Shown piece by piece: positions 48,343 through 58,002 of a stretch of 64,000 bases of DNA. Source of the DNA: an uncultured Saprospiraceae bacterium (GTDB taxonomy: Bacteria > Bacteroidota > Bacteroidia > Chitinophagales > Saprospiraceae); NCBI GenBank assembly GCA_937924495.1, contig CALDSS010000033.1, positions 13,624 through 77,623 on the forward strand, read 5' to 3'. The position numbers and the translations under genes were made by a program. Under the pieces are notes generated by a model, which did not search any database, was not told where the DNA came from, and worked only from the letters and a program-made list of their open reading frames with translations. The first letter of the stretch is position 1, and the number at the start of each line of letters is the position of its first letter.

Positions 48343-48424
48343 TTTATCTGAAGATTTAAGTAAGAAATCTCGGTGTTTTTAATAGATATCGAAGGACTAA
48401 AATCACCGATTTGCAAATTGGCCG

Positions 48425-48432
48425 CAAATATA
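48425..48432 (-). promoter_or_regulatory. candidate -7 promoter box (TATATTTG) for the nqr operon
   Basis: The minus strand reads TATATTTGCGGCC about 85 nt upstream of the long-form nqrA ATG (48342). Confidence 0.4.
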
Positions 48433-48508
48433 AAAAGTCTTTGAAGTATATGTTGTTGTGTTAGTAACTTTTCGGAAGGGTGATTTTATTTAGATTAATT
48501 TTAAATAA

Positions 48509-48979
48509 TTATTCTTCCTTTTTCTTTTTAAAATCACAATCTCGGTTGCAATGGCCATAAAGATTTAATGAATGATTTGTAATTTCAAATTTCATCAATT
48601 CACCCATCATAGTTTTGATTTGTTGTATTCTTGGGTCACAAAATTCCAATACCGCTCCACAATCTTCGCAAATCAAATGATCGTGCTGTTTGTACCCATA
48701 GGATTTTTCGAACTGCGCCAGATTTTTTCCAAACTGATGCTTTTTGACCAAATCGCAAGTAACTAATAATTCTAAGGTGTTGTAAACGGTAGCTCGACTC
48801 ACTCTATAATTGCGAGTTTTCATGTGGATATATAGTGCTTCCGCATCAAAATGATCGGTTCGAGTGTAGATTTCCTCCAATATTGCAAACCTTTCAGGTG
48901 TTTTACGATGCCCGTTATTTTCTAAATGAGTTGAAAAAATCTTTTTGACTTCTTCGAAGTTATTCCCTTCTACTTTCAT
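48509..48979 (-). CDS. fur: Fur-family metalloregulator
   Basis: Winged-helix 'R.T..R..ILE', 'HDHLICEDCG' and a second Cys pair 'GHCNRDC'. Confidence 0.85.
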   Translation of the reverse strand: MKVEGNNFEEVKKIFSTHLENNGHRKTPERFAILEEIYTRTDHFDAEALYIHMKTRNYRVSRATVYNTLELLVTCDLVKKHQFGKNLAQFEKSYGYKQHDHLICEDCGAVLEFCDPRIQQIKTMMGELMKFEITNHSLNLYGHCNRDCDFKKKKEE

Positions 48980-49127
48980 TTACGAGGTGAGTTGTTGAAC
49001 CAAAGTTAGAAAATTAACCCACAAAGGTGGGTGTTGTTTAGTTAGGCCGAAATATCCATTCCTCGAAATCAGTGCCTCCTACAAATTCCAATGCACCTTT
49101 TTGGGGCATCCTCGATTCTTTATGTTT

Positions 49128-49946
49128 TTACACCGAAACTCCATAATCTCGCAAAGCACTATTTAAAGAAACCTTCTTATCTGTACTTTCTTTCCGCTTT
49201 CCGATAATTAAAGCACAGGCTACTTGATAACTTCCAGCAGGAAATTCTTTGGTATAAGTTCCAGGAATCACAACAGACCGAGGGGGCACTTCACCTTTGT
49301 ATGTTACTGGTTCTGAACCACTTACATCAATAATTCGTGTTGATTTGGTAAGTACTACATTGGCACCTAAAACAGCTTCCTGTCCAACTCGAACTCCTTC
49401 TACGATGATGCACCTTGAACCTATGAAACAGTTATCTTCAATAATAGTGGGCGTAGCCTGTAATGGTTCTAAAACTCCACCTATTCCTACCCCACCACTA
49501 AGATGAACATTACGGCCAATTTGTGCACAACTTCCAACAGTTGCCCATGTATCAACCATGGTTCCTGAACCAACCCATGCTCCGATATTTACATAACTTG
49601 GCATCATAATGACTCCTTTTTCGAGATAAGCTCCATGCCGAGCAACGGCTGGAGGCACTACTCTTACTCCTTGCATTGCATACTCCTTTTTCAATGGAAT
49701 TTTATCATGATATTCGTAAGGCCCAACCTCAATAGTTTCCATTTCTGCAATTGGAAAATAAAGCACAACAGCTTTTTTAACCCAATCATTTACTTTCCAA
49801 TTTCCATCCTTTGTTGGTTCAGCAACTCTTATTTTCCCTTTATCTAAAAGTTCTAAAACTTCTTTTATGGCGTTTTGACTCTCTTGAGTTTTCAATAAGT
49901 CTCGATCATCCCATGTTTTCTCAATAGTAGCTTGAATTGATTGCAT
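49128..49946 (-). CDS. dapD: 2,3,4,5-tetrahydropyridine-2,6-dicarboxylate N-succinyltransferase
   Basis: Left-handed beta-helix hexapeptide repeats ('IGRNVHLSGGVGIGGVLEP', 'IIEDNCFIGSR') and an N-terminus typical of short-form DapD. Confidence 0.85.
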   Translation of the reverse strand: MQSIQATIEKTWDDRDLLKTQESQNAIKEVLELLDKGKIRVAEPTKDGNWKVNDWVKKAVVLYFPIAEMETIEVGPYEYHDKIPLKKEYAMQGVRVVPPAVARHGAYLEKGVIMMPSYVNIGAWVGSGTMVDTWATVGSCAQIGRNVHLSGGVGIGGVLEPLQATPTIIEDNCFIGSRCIIVEGVRVGQEAVLGANVVLTKSTRIIDVSGSEPVTYKGEVPPRSVVIPGTYTKEFPAGSYQVACALIIGKRKESTDKKVSLNSALRDYGVSV

Positions 49947-49984
49947 AATATTTACGATTTAGAGTGTGATTGTAAATTAGCACG

Positions 49985-49992
49985 CAAATATA
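49985..49992 (-). promoter_or_regulatory. candidate -7 promoter box (TATATTTG) for dapD
   Basis: The minus strand reads TATATTTGCGTG about 40 nt upstream of the dapD ATG. Confidence 0.4.
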
Positions 49993-50052
49993 AACCTTCA
50001 CTTTTCCCTTCCAAATCATGATTCTCAATTACTTTTAGTCAAAACTCTATTC

Positions 50053-52962
50053 ATGAAAAAACTGGCCATCCTTTTTCTCTTTCCAATCTCAATTTTTGCG
50101 CAGCAATTTTCTGGTGGATACGAATTTTATATGCCAGCTTTTGATTCTACGAATCAAAAATATTTGCCTGAATTTCAAGCAACTCCTATAAATAGTTTTC
50201 TTACAACTCGTTCTGATGGACATTTTTATTCTGGTGGAAAACAAATTAGATTTTGGGGATTCAATGTTACGAGTGCGGGTTGTTTTCCAGAAAAAGAATA
50301 TGCTGCTGCTATTGCGGCTCGTATGAGAAAAATGGGGATTAACATTATCCGTTTCCATCACATGGATAATCCTTGGTCGGACCAAGACGGGACTATTTTT
50401 GATAGAAGTACGGAAGGAACCAGAACATTTCATCCTGAGCAGTTGGATAAACTGCACTACTTCCTTTATCAACTTAAAAGGAATGGAATTTACGCGAATA
50501 TTAATTTACACGTAAGTCGGAGGTTTGCAGAAGCAGATGGAATACCCGATGCGGACGATTTTCACGATGGCGGAAAGGTTATTAATATGTTCGACCCACA
50601 ATTAATTGAATTACAGAAAGAATATGCCACACAGCTATTAAATTCTGTAAATCCATACACTAACCAAGCACTAAAGAATGACCCAACGATTGCAATGGTA
50701 GAAATATCTAATGAGAATACGCTTTATGGCCGATGGAAAGAAAATAGACTTTCGACTTGGGACAATGACGGTATCTTAACAGACCGGCATGATGAAATGC
50801 TTGACGAATTTTATTGGAATTTTTTAAGTAGTAAATACAGTTCATCAAATGAACTAACAAACGCTTGGAATGCTGGAATAACTGGAAGTAATAATACCAA
50901 TCAAATTGCAGATGGCGATTTTGAAAGTGGAAAGATTGATCCTGATTGGTATTTGGAACTACATAGCTCTGCTGCGGCGAATTTTGAAATTGATGAAAAT
51001 GAAAAATATGAAGGGGACTATTCCTGTAGAATTGATGTTGAAACGGTAACTGGAACGAATTGGCATATTCAATTTACGCAAAGGGACTTATCTGTGGAAT
51101 TAGGGAAAACCTATACCGTTAAATTTGCCGCAAAGGCAGATGCGCCTCGTGAATTAACAATCTATGCGCAACAAAACTTTTCTCCATGGCAATGGTACAA
51201 CGGAGACTTTTTCGATATGACGGAAGATTGGCAAGAATTTGAAATGCAAGTAACGCCTTTTGAAGATAATGATGGCAGGGTTCGATTTGGTTTTATGGTA
51301 GAGGAAGAAGGTTCTTATTGGTTGGATAATGTCGTTTTTGAAGAATCTGGAAAATCTGGTTTAGAAAACGGTGAATCTGCTGACAAACCACGTCGATTGA
51401 GATATGACGAATTAGGGAATTTCACAGAGACGAGATCAAAAGACCAAACTGAATTTTATATTAAAATACAAAAAGATTATTTTGATGAAATACATCGTTT
51501 TTTAAAAAGTGATTTGAACGTCAAAGTACCAATTGGGGGCACCAATGCACACCCGGGAGTAGCTGATATTTACGCTAATTCTGATTTAGATTTTATTGAT
51601 GATCATTCTTATTGGGATCATGCTTCTTATCCGAACGGTTGGTCATTCTCTGATTGGAGCATCGGCAATTCTACAAGAGTGGATGATTGGGATTTGGGAT
51701 CAACTTCTAAAATTTTCGGTGGATTTGCGATGGAAGGTAAACCCTATACAATTAGTGAAATTGGGCAAGGCTTCCCAAACCGTTTTCAAACTGAGCTTTT
51801 TCCAATTATGACAGCCTATGGTTCTTACCATAATGCTGATGCCTTAATGTATTTTCAATATGCCGAGACGAATTGGGATTGGGAATCAGATTTCATAAAT
51901 GGTTGGTGGGATTTTCATCGAAATCCTGCGCAGATGGTGCTATCACCAATTTATGCGTTTGCATTTAGAAATAATTTAATTCAACCTGCCGAAAACGTGA
52001 ATCTTGTAAAATACAGCAAAAATTATCTTCATGGTATTTCTAGATTTGACCGCACTGGCCGTTGGGGTTCAATAAGTCCTTATGACCGAAGATTAGCCCT
52101 TCAATCATCAATTAGAATCGCAACTTTTGATTATGCGGGAGATATAGATTTAGACGCTTTGCAAGAATTAAATGACGAATCTATCATCACGACCTCAACT
52201 CTTGAAACAACCTTTGATGCCGAAAATGGATTCGTCAAAACCGAAACACCTAATATGATTTCCATTACTGGAAAACTAAATAGTCCATTCGTAATTCAAG
52301 CTGGCAATTTGGAGGTTTTAGGCGCAAATGATTTTGGAACCGTTGCGTGGTTGTCATTGACAGAAGAACCCTTAAATACTTCTCGAAGATCAACGTTGGT
52401 TATATCCTCAAAATCTCAAAATTCTAATATGAATTGGACAAATGGCAATACAAATGTAGATAATGACTTCGGAGAGGCACCGACTCAATTATACCCAATA
52501 GCAACCTCTCTTTTGATGAAAATTGATGCAGATTCAATTCATCTGAAACCACTTTCTCCAATTGGAGAAGAAATGGGTTCCCAAACTTTCTCACCCATCT
52601 CTCCAGGTTTGTTTTTGGTAGGAATTGATCAAGCACAAAGCCAATCACCATGGTATGGCATTGAGGCATTTGGAGCTAATGTTTCCAATACAAAAGATTT
52701 AGTTTTTGAAAATAGTTTAAAAATTTCGCCTAACCCGTCGAGTGATAAAATATTGATTACCAGCACTTTAGAATCAAAATCAAACATTAAAATTTCATTG
52801 ATCGATGCTGTGGGTAAAACTTTAGTTCATGAAAATTTAGGACTTCAACCGAGTGGTAGCTTTCAGCATTGGCTTAATTTATATTCTGTTTCCAATGGAG
52901 TTTATTTCTTAAAAGTTCAAAGTGATTTCTCTACCAAAATAGAGAAAATAATTAAGCAATAA
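50053..52962 (+). CDS. secreted GH5-like (clan GH-A) glycoside hydrolase with an inserted CBM4/9-like module and T9SS CTD
   Basis: 'IRFHHMDN', acid/base candidate 'VEISNENT', nucleophile candidate 'YTISEIGQG', a jelly-roll-like segment 'ADGDFESG...YWLDNVVFEE' and C-terminus 'ISPNPSSDKILI...GVYFLKV'. Confidence 0.65.
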   Translation: MKKLAILFLFPISIFAQQFSGGYEFYMPAFDSTNQKYLPEFQATPINSFLTTRSDGHFYSGGKQIRFWGFNVTSAGCFPEKEYAAAIAARMRKMGINIIRFHHMDNPWSDQDGTIFDRSTEGTRTFHPEQLDKLHYFLYQLKRNGIYANINLHVSRRFAEADGIPDADDFHDGGKVINMFDPQLIELQKEYATQLLNSVNPYTNQALKNDPTIAMVEISNENTLYGRWKENRLSTWDNDGILTDRHDEMLDEFYWNFLSSKYSSSNELTNAWNAGITGSNNTNQIADGDFESGKIDPDWYLELHSSAAANFEIDENEKYEGDYSCRIDVETVTGTNWHIQFTQRDLSVELGKTYTVKFAAKADAPRELTIYAQQNFSPWQWYNGDFFDMTEDWQEFEMQVTPFEDNDGRVRFGFMVEEEGSYWLDNVVFEESGKSGLENGESADKPRRLRYDELGNFTETRSKDQTEFYIKIQKDYFDEIHRFLKSDLNVKVPIGGTNAHPGVADIYANSDLDFIDDHSYWDHASYPNGWSFSDWSIGNSTRVDDWDLGSTSKIFGGFAMEGKPYTISEIGQGFPNRFQTELFPIMTAYGSYHNADALMYFQYAETNWDWESDFINGWWDFHRNPAQMVLSPIYAFAFRNNLIQPAENVNLVKYSKNYLHGISRFDRTGRWGSISPYDRRLALQSSIRIATFDYAGDIDLDALQELNDESIITTSTLETTFDAENGFVKTETPNMISITGKLNSPFVIQAGNLEVLGANDFGTVAWLSLTEEPLNTSRRSTLVISSKSQNSNMNWTNGNTNVDNDFGEAPTQLYPIATSLLMKIDADSIHLKPLSPIGEEMGSQTFSPISPGLFLVGIDQAQSQSPWYGIEAFGANVSNTKDLVFENSLKISPNPSSDKILITSTLESKSNIKISLIDAVGKTLVHENLGLQPSGSFQHWLNLYSVSNGVYFLKVQSDFSTKIEKIIKQ

Positions 52963-52974
52963 ATTTCAATTAGA

Positions 52975-53107
52975 AGAGGATGTCTCATGCCCAATGAAAT
53001 CAGACGATTTAGTTATTTTTAAATTTATAATTCGCTGATTTTATGTTTACTAAAGTTTAAAAATTTAGTAAACATGAGGCAAAATAGTACTTATGGGACA
53101 GCCTCCT
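52975..53107. repeat. structured ~131-bp repeat with terminal inverted repeats (copy B, inverted relative to copy A)
   Basis: AGAGGATGTCTCAT ... ATGGGACAGCCTCC. It has a perfect internal 12-bp hairpin, ATGTTTACTAAA-(9 nt)-TTTAGTAAACAT. Confidence 0.7.
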
Positions 53108-53124
53108 CTAAGAAAACCGAAACC

Positions 53125-53781
53125 ATGTTAAAAACAATTCTACAATTACTCACCTTTCGTATTTCTAAAATAGAAATTGAGTCCTTTGAAAAACAGCATT
53201 TCATGGCTGGGCTTATCGGTACATGGATTGTTGGAATGGGACGTTATTGGGACGATCCTGGAGCGCATTTAGGTCAACATTTAGGATTAGGATCGGTCGT
53301 TTATATTTTCGTTTTAGCATTATTGATTTGGTTAGTCATCCTTCCCTTTCGGGTAAAAGGTTGGAATTATTTTACAGTTTTAACTTTTATCAGTTTAACC
53401 TCATTCCCAGCAATACTATATGCCATTCCGATAGAAAGGTTTGTGGACATTGAAACGGCAGCCAGTGTCAATGCATGGTTTTTGGCAGTGGTGGCGGCAT
53501 GGCGTTTGGGATTACTATTCTATTTTTTGAAAAAATTTACGGAGCTTAGTACCACTTACATAGCTTTAGGGACCTTACTCCCAATGACTGGAATAATTGC
53601 TATGCTCACGTATTTGAATCTTGAAAGAGCTGTTTTCAATATTATGGGTGGCATAAGAAACTCGACCAGTGCAGATGCAGCTTATCAAATCTTAGTAACT
53701 TTAACGATGCTTTCTACCTTTGCTTTTATTCCTTTACTTGTAGCCTATTTGGCAGCAATTTACACTCGGAGGAATCAATAA
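53125..53781 (+). CDS. polytopic membrane protein, function unknown
   Basis: About 5-6 hydrophobic helices. The ATG at 53125 is preferred because the track start (53074) lies inside the repeat-element hairpin. Confidence 0.55.
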   Translation: MLKTILQLLTFRISKIEIESFEKQHFMAGLIGTWIVGMGRYWDDPGAHLGQHLGLGSVVYIFVLALLIWLVILPFRVKGWNYFTVLTFISLTSFPAILYAIPIERFVDIETAASVNAWFLAVVAAWRLGLLFYFLKKFTELSTTYIALGTLLPMTGIIAMLTYLNLERAVFNIMGGIRNSTSADAAYQILVTLTMLSTFAFIPLLVAYLAAIYTRRNQ

Positions 53782-53875
53782 AATTTCATAAATTAAATAT
53801 CGAGAAAATACTAAATGAGTAATTTAATTTTAAGATAAATCATGTCAATTTTGACTATTCCGACCTAAAACAATT

Positions 53876-54190
53876 CTATTCTATCAGTAACTTAGCACTT
53901 GCCAATTCGCCCAAAGCGTGTTTATCACCTATCTTTTTTGCGACTGTTATTCCATTTTCATAAACGTTCAGCGCCTTTTCAATTTCATCTTGTCTTTCAT
54001 AGATTTTACCTAAATGATAATACGTTCCTACATAATCAGGATGGCTTTTTGACAAATTTTCAAACTCAGAAATCGCAGATTTTTCGTCCCCTAATTTTTC
54101 ATATTCTTTGGCAAGTGCATACAAAAGAAAGGGGTCATTTGGCGATCCTTCTAAAAATGTCTTGATTTTATTTAATCTATTCGCACTCAT
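53876..54190 (-). CDS. small TPR-repeat protein
   Basis: Two to three TPR units ('LYALAKEYEKLGDEKSAI', 'YYHLGKIYERQDEIEKAL'). Confidence 0.7.
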   Translation of the reverse strand: MSANRLNKIKTFLEGSPNDPFLLYALAKEYEKLGDEKSAISEFENLSKSHPDYVGTYYHLGKIYERQDEIEKALNVYENGITVAKKIGDKHALGELASAKLLIE

Positions 54191-54227
54191 AATCTACTTA
54201 AAAGTTTCTGCAAGAAACATAGAATTC

Positions 54228-54235
54228 TATATTTG
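54228..54235 (+). promoter_or_regulatory. candidate -7 promoter box (TATATTTG)
   Basis: TATATTTGCTC lies about 46 nt upstream of the ATG at 54281. Confidence 0.4.
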
Positions 54236-54280
54236 CTCAACAAATGAAAGGAACTTCAAGTTCTAAATACGAGAAAAACT

Positions 54281-55522
54281 ATGTATCCAGATCTTTCCTA
54301 CTTATTTCATGACCTGTTCGGAACGCAACCTGACAATTGGACAAGCATCTTCAAAATGTTCGGTTTCCTATTAGTCTTGTCAATTCTGACTGCTGCTTAT
54401 TTTCTATACTTAGAATTAAAAAGAAAAGCAGAGGAAGGACACCTGCAGCCTCGAAAAGTAAAAGTGATGATTGGGGAACCTGCGTCACTTATTGACTTGA
54501 TTTCCAATGGATTATACGGATTTGTAATGGGCTTCAAAGGAGGACTTTTAGTTCAAAATTTTGAAGTATTTCAAGCCGATCCAATTGGTAAACTTTTCTC
54601 ATGGGAAGGAAACTGGATTTCAGGAATCGTTTTAGGAATTGCCTTCACGGCCATACACTGGTGGTCAAAAGAAAAAGATAAATTGCCAGAACCAAAAGCG
54701 GAATTACAAAACGAATTTCCTCATCATAGAGTTGGAGATTTGGCGGTTGTCGCGGCTGTTTCTGGTGTCTTGGGTGCAAAATTATTTGCCAGTTTTGAAA
54801 GTGTCGCGGCAATGCGCGCGTTTTTTGCCGACCCAATCGGTGTTTTCTTCTCTGGAAGTGGGCTCGCGATTTATGGAGGTTTGATTGTAGGATTTCTAAC
54901 GCTTTGTTGGTACATCCGAAAATTAAATATTCCGTTTTGGCATTTCTTTGATGCTTTGGGACCAGCTTTTATTTTTTCAATGGCGGTTGGTAGAATCGGA
55001 TGTCAACTTTCAGGAGATGGCGACTGGGGAATTGCAGCAGCAGACATGCCTGAATGGTGGATGTTCCCAGATTGGATGTGGAGTTACGAATATCCACAAA
55101 ATGTCAACAATGATGGGGTTTTGATGGAAATGTGCGATGCAGATAAATATCGAGAATTGATGGGTCAAAGAATGATGGCAGAGGACAGATGCATGGAGGC
55201 CTGCGGTGTAAAATATTGTCATGAGTTAGATCCGAAGGTTTACCCCACACCACTTTATGAAACCGTTATGTTCACAGGTATTGGTTCTTTTTTATGGTGG
55301 CTAAGAAAGAAAATTACTGTTCCAGGAATTATATTTTTCATCACTTTATTCTTTAGTGGAATTGAGCGTTATTTAATCGAATCAATCCGAGTAAATGATA
55401 AAATTGATTTTCTTGGCGGCCAATGGACACAGGCAGAAATTATTTCAATCATGCTTGTTTTGATTGGAACAATTGGTGCAGCTGTGCTTTGGAATCGAAG
55501 GTTGAAAGAAAAGCCAAATTAA
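54281..55522 (+). CDS. lgt: prolipoprotein diacylglyceryl transferase (long form with inserted loops)
   Basis: Multi-TM protein. 'GAKLF', 'GLAIYGGLIVG' and 'AVGRIGCQLSGDGDWG' parallel the Lgt signature 'GR.GNF.NGE..G'. It is about 130 aa longer than E. coli Lgt. Confidence 0.65.
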   Translation: MYPDLSYLFHDLFGTQPDNWTSIFKMFGFLLVLSILTAAYFLYLELKRKAEEGHLQPRKVKVMIGEPASLIDLISNGLYGFVMGFKGGLLVQNFEVFQADPIGKLFSWEGNWISGIVLGIAFTAIHWWSKEKDKLPEPKAELQNEFPHHRVGDLAVVAAVSGVLGAKLFASFESVAAMRAFFADPIGVFFSGSGLAIYGGLIVGFLTLCWYIRKLNIPFWHFFDALGPAFIFSMAVGRIGCQLSGDGDWGIAAADMPEWWMFPDWMWSYEYPQNVNNDGVLMEMCDADKYRELMGQRMMAEDRCMEACGVKYCHELDPKVYPTPLYETVMFTGIGSFLWWLRKKITVPGIIFFITLFFSGIERYLIESIRVNDKIDFLGGQWTQAEIISIMLVLIGTIGAAVLWNRRLKEKPN

Positions 55523-55584
55523 TTTGCGCAACTAAGCATAGATTAATGCGTTGACTAACGGGTTAAAGACCCAACAATCAGCCC

Positions 55585-57714
55585 ATGCTCACTTTACTGT
55601 TAAATCCTGAAAACTTGGAATCACTTACTTTTCAATATCCGAATTGGTATTTCGTTTTTTGTGTATTGGCTGGCATCATTGGTGCCTCACTTCTTTATTT
55701 TCGGGATGACACCTTCAAAGATCAGCCTTCTTGGTTTAGATGGGCATTGAGTATTCTTCGTTTTCTCTCAGTTGGATTTATTGCTTTATTATTGTTGGAG
55801 CCGCTTTTAAAATCTTTGATCACTGAGACAAAAAAGCCAATTGTTGTTATAGCGCAAGATGTTTCCGAATCCATTTCAAACGAAATGAAAGAGGAACAAC
55901 TTACTGATTACCAGTCAGTTATAACCAATTTAAAAACCTCTTTAGAAGAAAAATACGAAGTAAGAACTTATGGTTTTGGTTCTGAGGTGAGAGAAGGATT
56001 AGATTTTGAATTTAAAGACAAAGTGAGTGATGTCTCAGAAATGATGCAATCAGTTTATGATAATTACAGCAATCAAAACTTGGGTGCAGTAGTCCTCGCT
56101 ACGGATGGAATTTATAATAAGGGAAGTAACCCGCTCTATTCAGGAACTAAGTTGTCCGTTCCAATTTACACGGTTGCCTTGGGAGACACTACTCCAAAAA
56201 GAGACCTTTTAATAAAGCGGGTTTTCAATAATAAAATCGTTTACCTCGGAGATAAATTTAGTATTCAGCTAGATATAGCAGCAGTTAATAGCACGGCTTC
56301 CAGCACCAAACTTTCTATTTCAAAAGTAGAAGGCGATAAAGCAAGGAAGCTACAAGAAAGACCAATCAACATCAGCAAAAACGACTTTTTCAAAACGGAA
56401 GAAATTGTTTTGGAAGCGGATCAAGCTGGAGTACAACGATATCGTTTGAGTCTTTCTTCTATCCCTGGTGAGGCTACCACTTCCAATAATACAAAGGATA
56501 TTTTCATTGATGTACTGGATGCTCGACAAAAGATTCTGATTATAGCCAATGCACCACATCCTGACATTACGGCCATCAAGCAGACCTTAGAAAAGGCAAA
56601 AAATTATGAGGTAGAAACTGATTTTGCTTCCTCACCGAAGAAAAATTTGAATAATTTCGATTTTGTGATTTTGCATCAATTGCCATCCAAAACCAATTCG
56701 GCCAATAGTATTTTGGCAGCTTTAGATAAAAAACGGACACCACGGCTCTACATCGGAGGTATGCAAACGGATTATAATGCCCTGAACAATTTGCAACCTT
56801 ATCTCAATGCATCGACAGACAATAAGAACACCAATGATGTACAGGCCACGGTGGCTTCCAATTTTAATTTGTTTACCATTTCAGATGAAGTAAGAAATGG
56901 ATTGCCCAAATTCGCTCCTTTGACTTCTCCTTTCGGTGATTTTAAAGAAGTTGGGAATGGACAAACCCTTCTTTATCAGAAAATTTCGAAGGTTGAAACC
57001 AAATTCCCATTACTCACAATGGGCGAATCAAATGGAACTCGAATTGGCGTTTTGAATGCAGAGGGCATTTACAAATGGCGCTTATTCGATTTTCTACAAA
57101 ATCAAAACCATGATATTTTCGAGGAGGTTTTGAGTAAAACGGTTCAATATCTTTCTTTAAAAGAAGACAAAAGGAAGTTCAGAATCAGTCAGTCCAAAAA
57201 TATTTATAACGAAAACGAGCCTATTATTTTTGATGCGGAGTTGTACAACGAGAATTTTGAACTCATCAATGAGCCAGATGCGACTATAAATATTACAAGT
57301 TCAGATGGCAAGTCCTACCCTTTCACTTTTAATAAAACAGGTAGAACCTATTCTCAAAATGTAGGCATCTTTCCTGTTGGAAATTATTCTTTTTCAGGTT
57401 CTGTAATGAGTGCAGGTCAGAAACTGGATTACCAAGGCCAATTTAGTGTTAAGCCAGTTCAATTGGAAGGATTTGAATCAACTGCAGATCATGGATTGCT
57501 TAAACTTATTGCAGAAAATTCTGGTGGTAACATGTTGTATCTCAGTCAATTGACTGAGTTACCTGCTATGCTCGAAGCAGCAGGAACTGTAAAGCCAGTA
57601 ATCTATAATACTTCCAAAACCAGAAGTGTCATTAACCTGAGATGGCTCTTTTTGGGTCTTTTCCTTTTGCTTGGTTTAGAGTGGTTTTTACGTAGATATT
57701 TCGGTTCATATTAA
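55585..57714 (+). CDS. membrane protein with N-terminal double-TM domain and vWA-like fold (Bat/aerotolerance-related family)
   Basis: 'FQYPNWYFVFCVL' double-TM N-terminus, 'IVVIAQDVSESI' and 'VVLATDGIYNKG' (vWA-like strands) and a C-terminal TM. Confidence 0.55.
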   Translation: MLTLLLNPENLESLTFQYPNWYFVFCVLAGIIGASLLYFRDDTFKDQPSWFRWALSILRFLSVGFIALLLLEPLLKSLITETKKPIVVIAQDVSESISNEMKEEQLTDYQSVITNLKTSLEEKYEVRTYGFGSEVREGLDFEFKDKVSDVSEMMQSVYDNYSNQNLGAVVLATDGIYNKGSNPLYSGTKLSVPIYTVALGDTTPKRDLLIKRVFNNKIVYLGDKFSIQLDIAAVNSTASSTKLSISKVEGDKARKLQERPINISKNDFFKTEEIVLEADQAGVQRYRLSLSSIPGEATTSNNTKDIFIDVLDARQKILIIANAPHPDITAIKQTLEKAKNYEVETDFASSPKKNLNNFDFVILHQLPSKTNSANSILAALDKKRTPRLYIGGMQTDYNALNNLQPYLNASTDNKNTNDVQATVASNFNLFTISDEVRNGLPKFAPLTSPFGDFKEVGNGQTLLYQKISKVETKFPLLTMGESNGTRIGVLNAEGIYKWRLFDFLQNQNHDIFEEVLSKTVQYLSLKEDKRKFRISQSKNIYNENEPIIFDAELYNENFELINEPDATINITSSDGKSYPFTFNKTGRTYSQNVGIFPVGNYSFSGSVMSAGQKLDYQGQFSVKPVQLEGFESTADHGLLKLIAENSGGNMLYLSQLTELPAMLEAAGTVKPVIYNTSKTRSVINLRWLFLGLFLLLGLEWFLRRYFGSY

Positions 57715-57910
57715 GTATTACTCAAAAAATAACTTCGCTCCCCAATTCAAAAAATTAGCTCGAAAAACCTCATTATCAATCTCTTTTCCTTCGCTATTTT
57801 TTTTGAAATCGGGATATTAATTTTTAGGCGTTTCTAAATTACATTCTTCTAACAAATCGGTATTTTAAAAGATTTAAGGTTTATGAATTGTATTCACCTT
57901 AAATGAACTG

Positions 57911-57918
57911 TATTTTTG
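57911..57918 (+). promoter_or_regulatory. candidate -7 promoter box (TATTTTTG)
   Basis: TATTTTTGCGG lies about 85 nt upstream of the peroxidase ATG. Confidence 0.4.
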
Positions 57919-58002
57919 CGGACAGTTATTCCCTCCTTTCTAATCCCCTTTCCACAAGGTCAATACTCGCAAATTAATTAAAATTTTAATCAAGATCGGA
58001 CT

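Noticed and set aside
53074-53124. Upstream ATG given by the ORF track for the membrane-protein gene
   Set aside because: The ATG lies within the internal hairpin of repeat copy B, and the first 17 residues are encoded by repeat sequence. The ATG at 53125 precedes the first hydrophobic segment.
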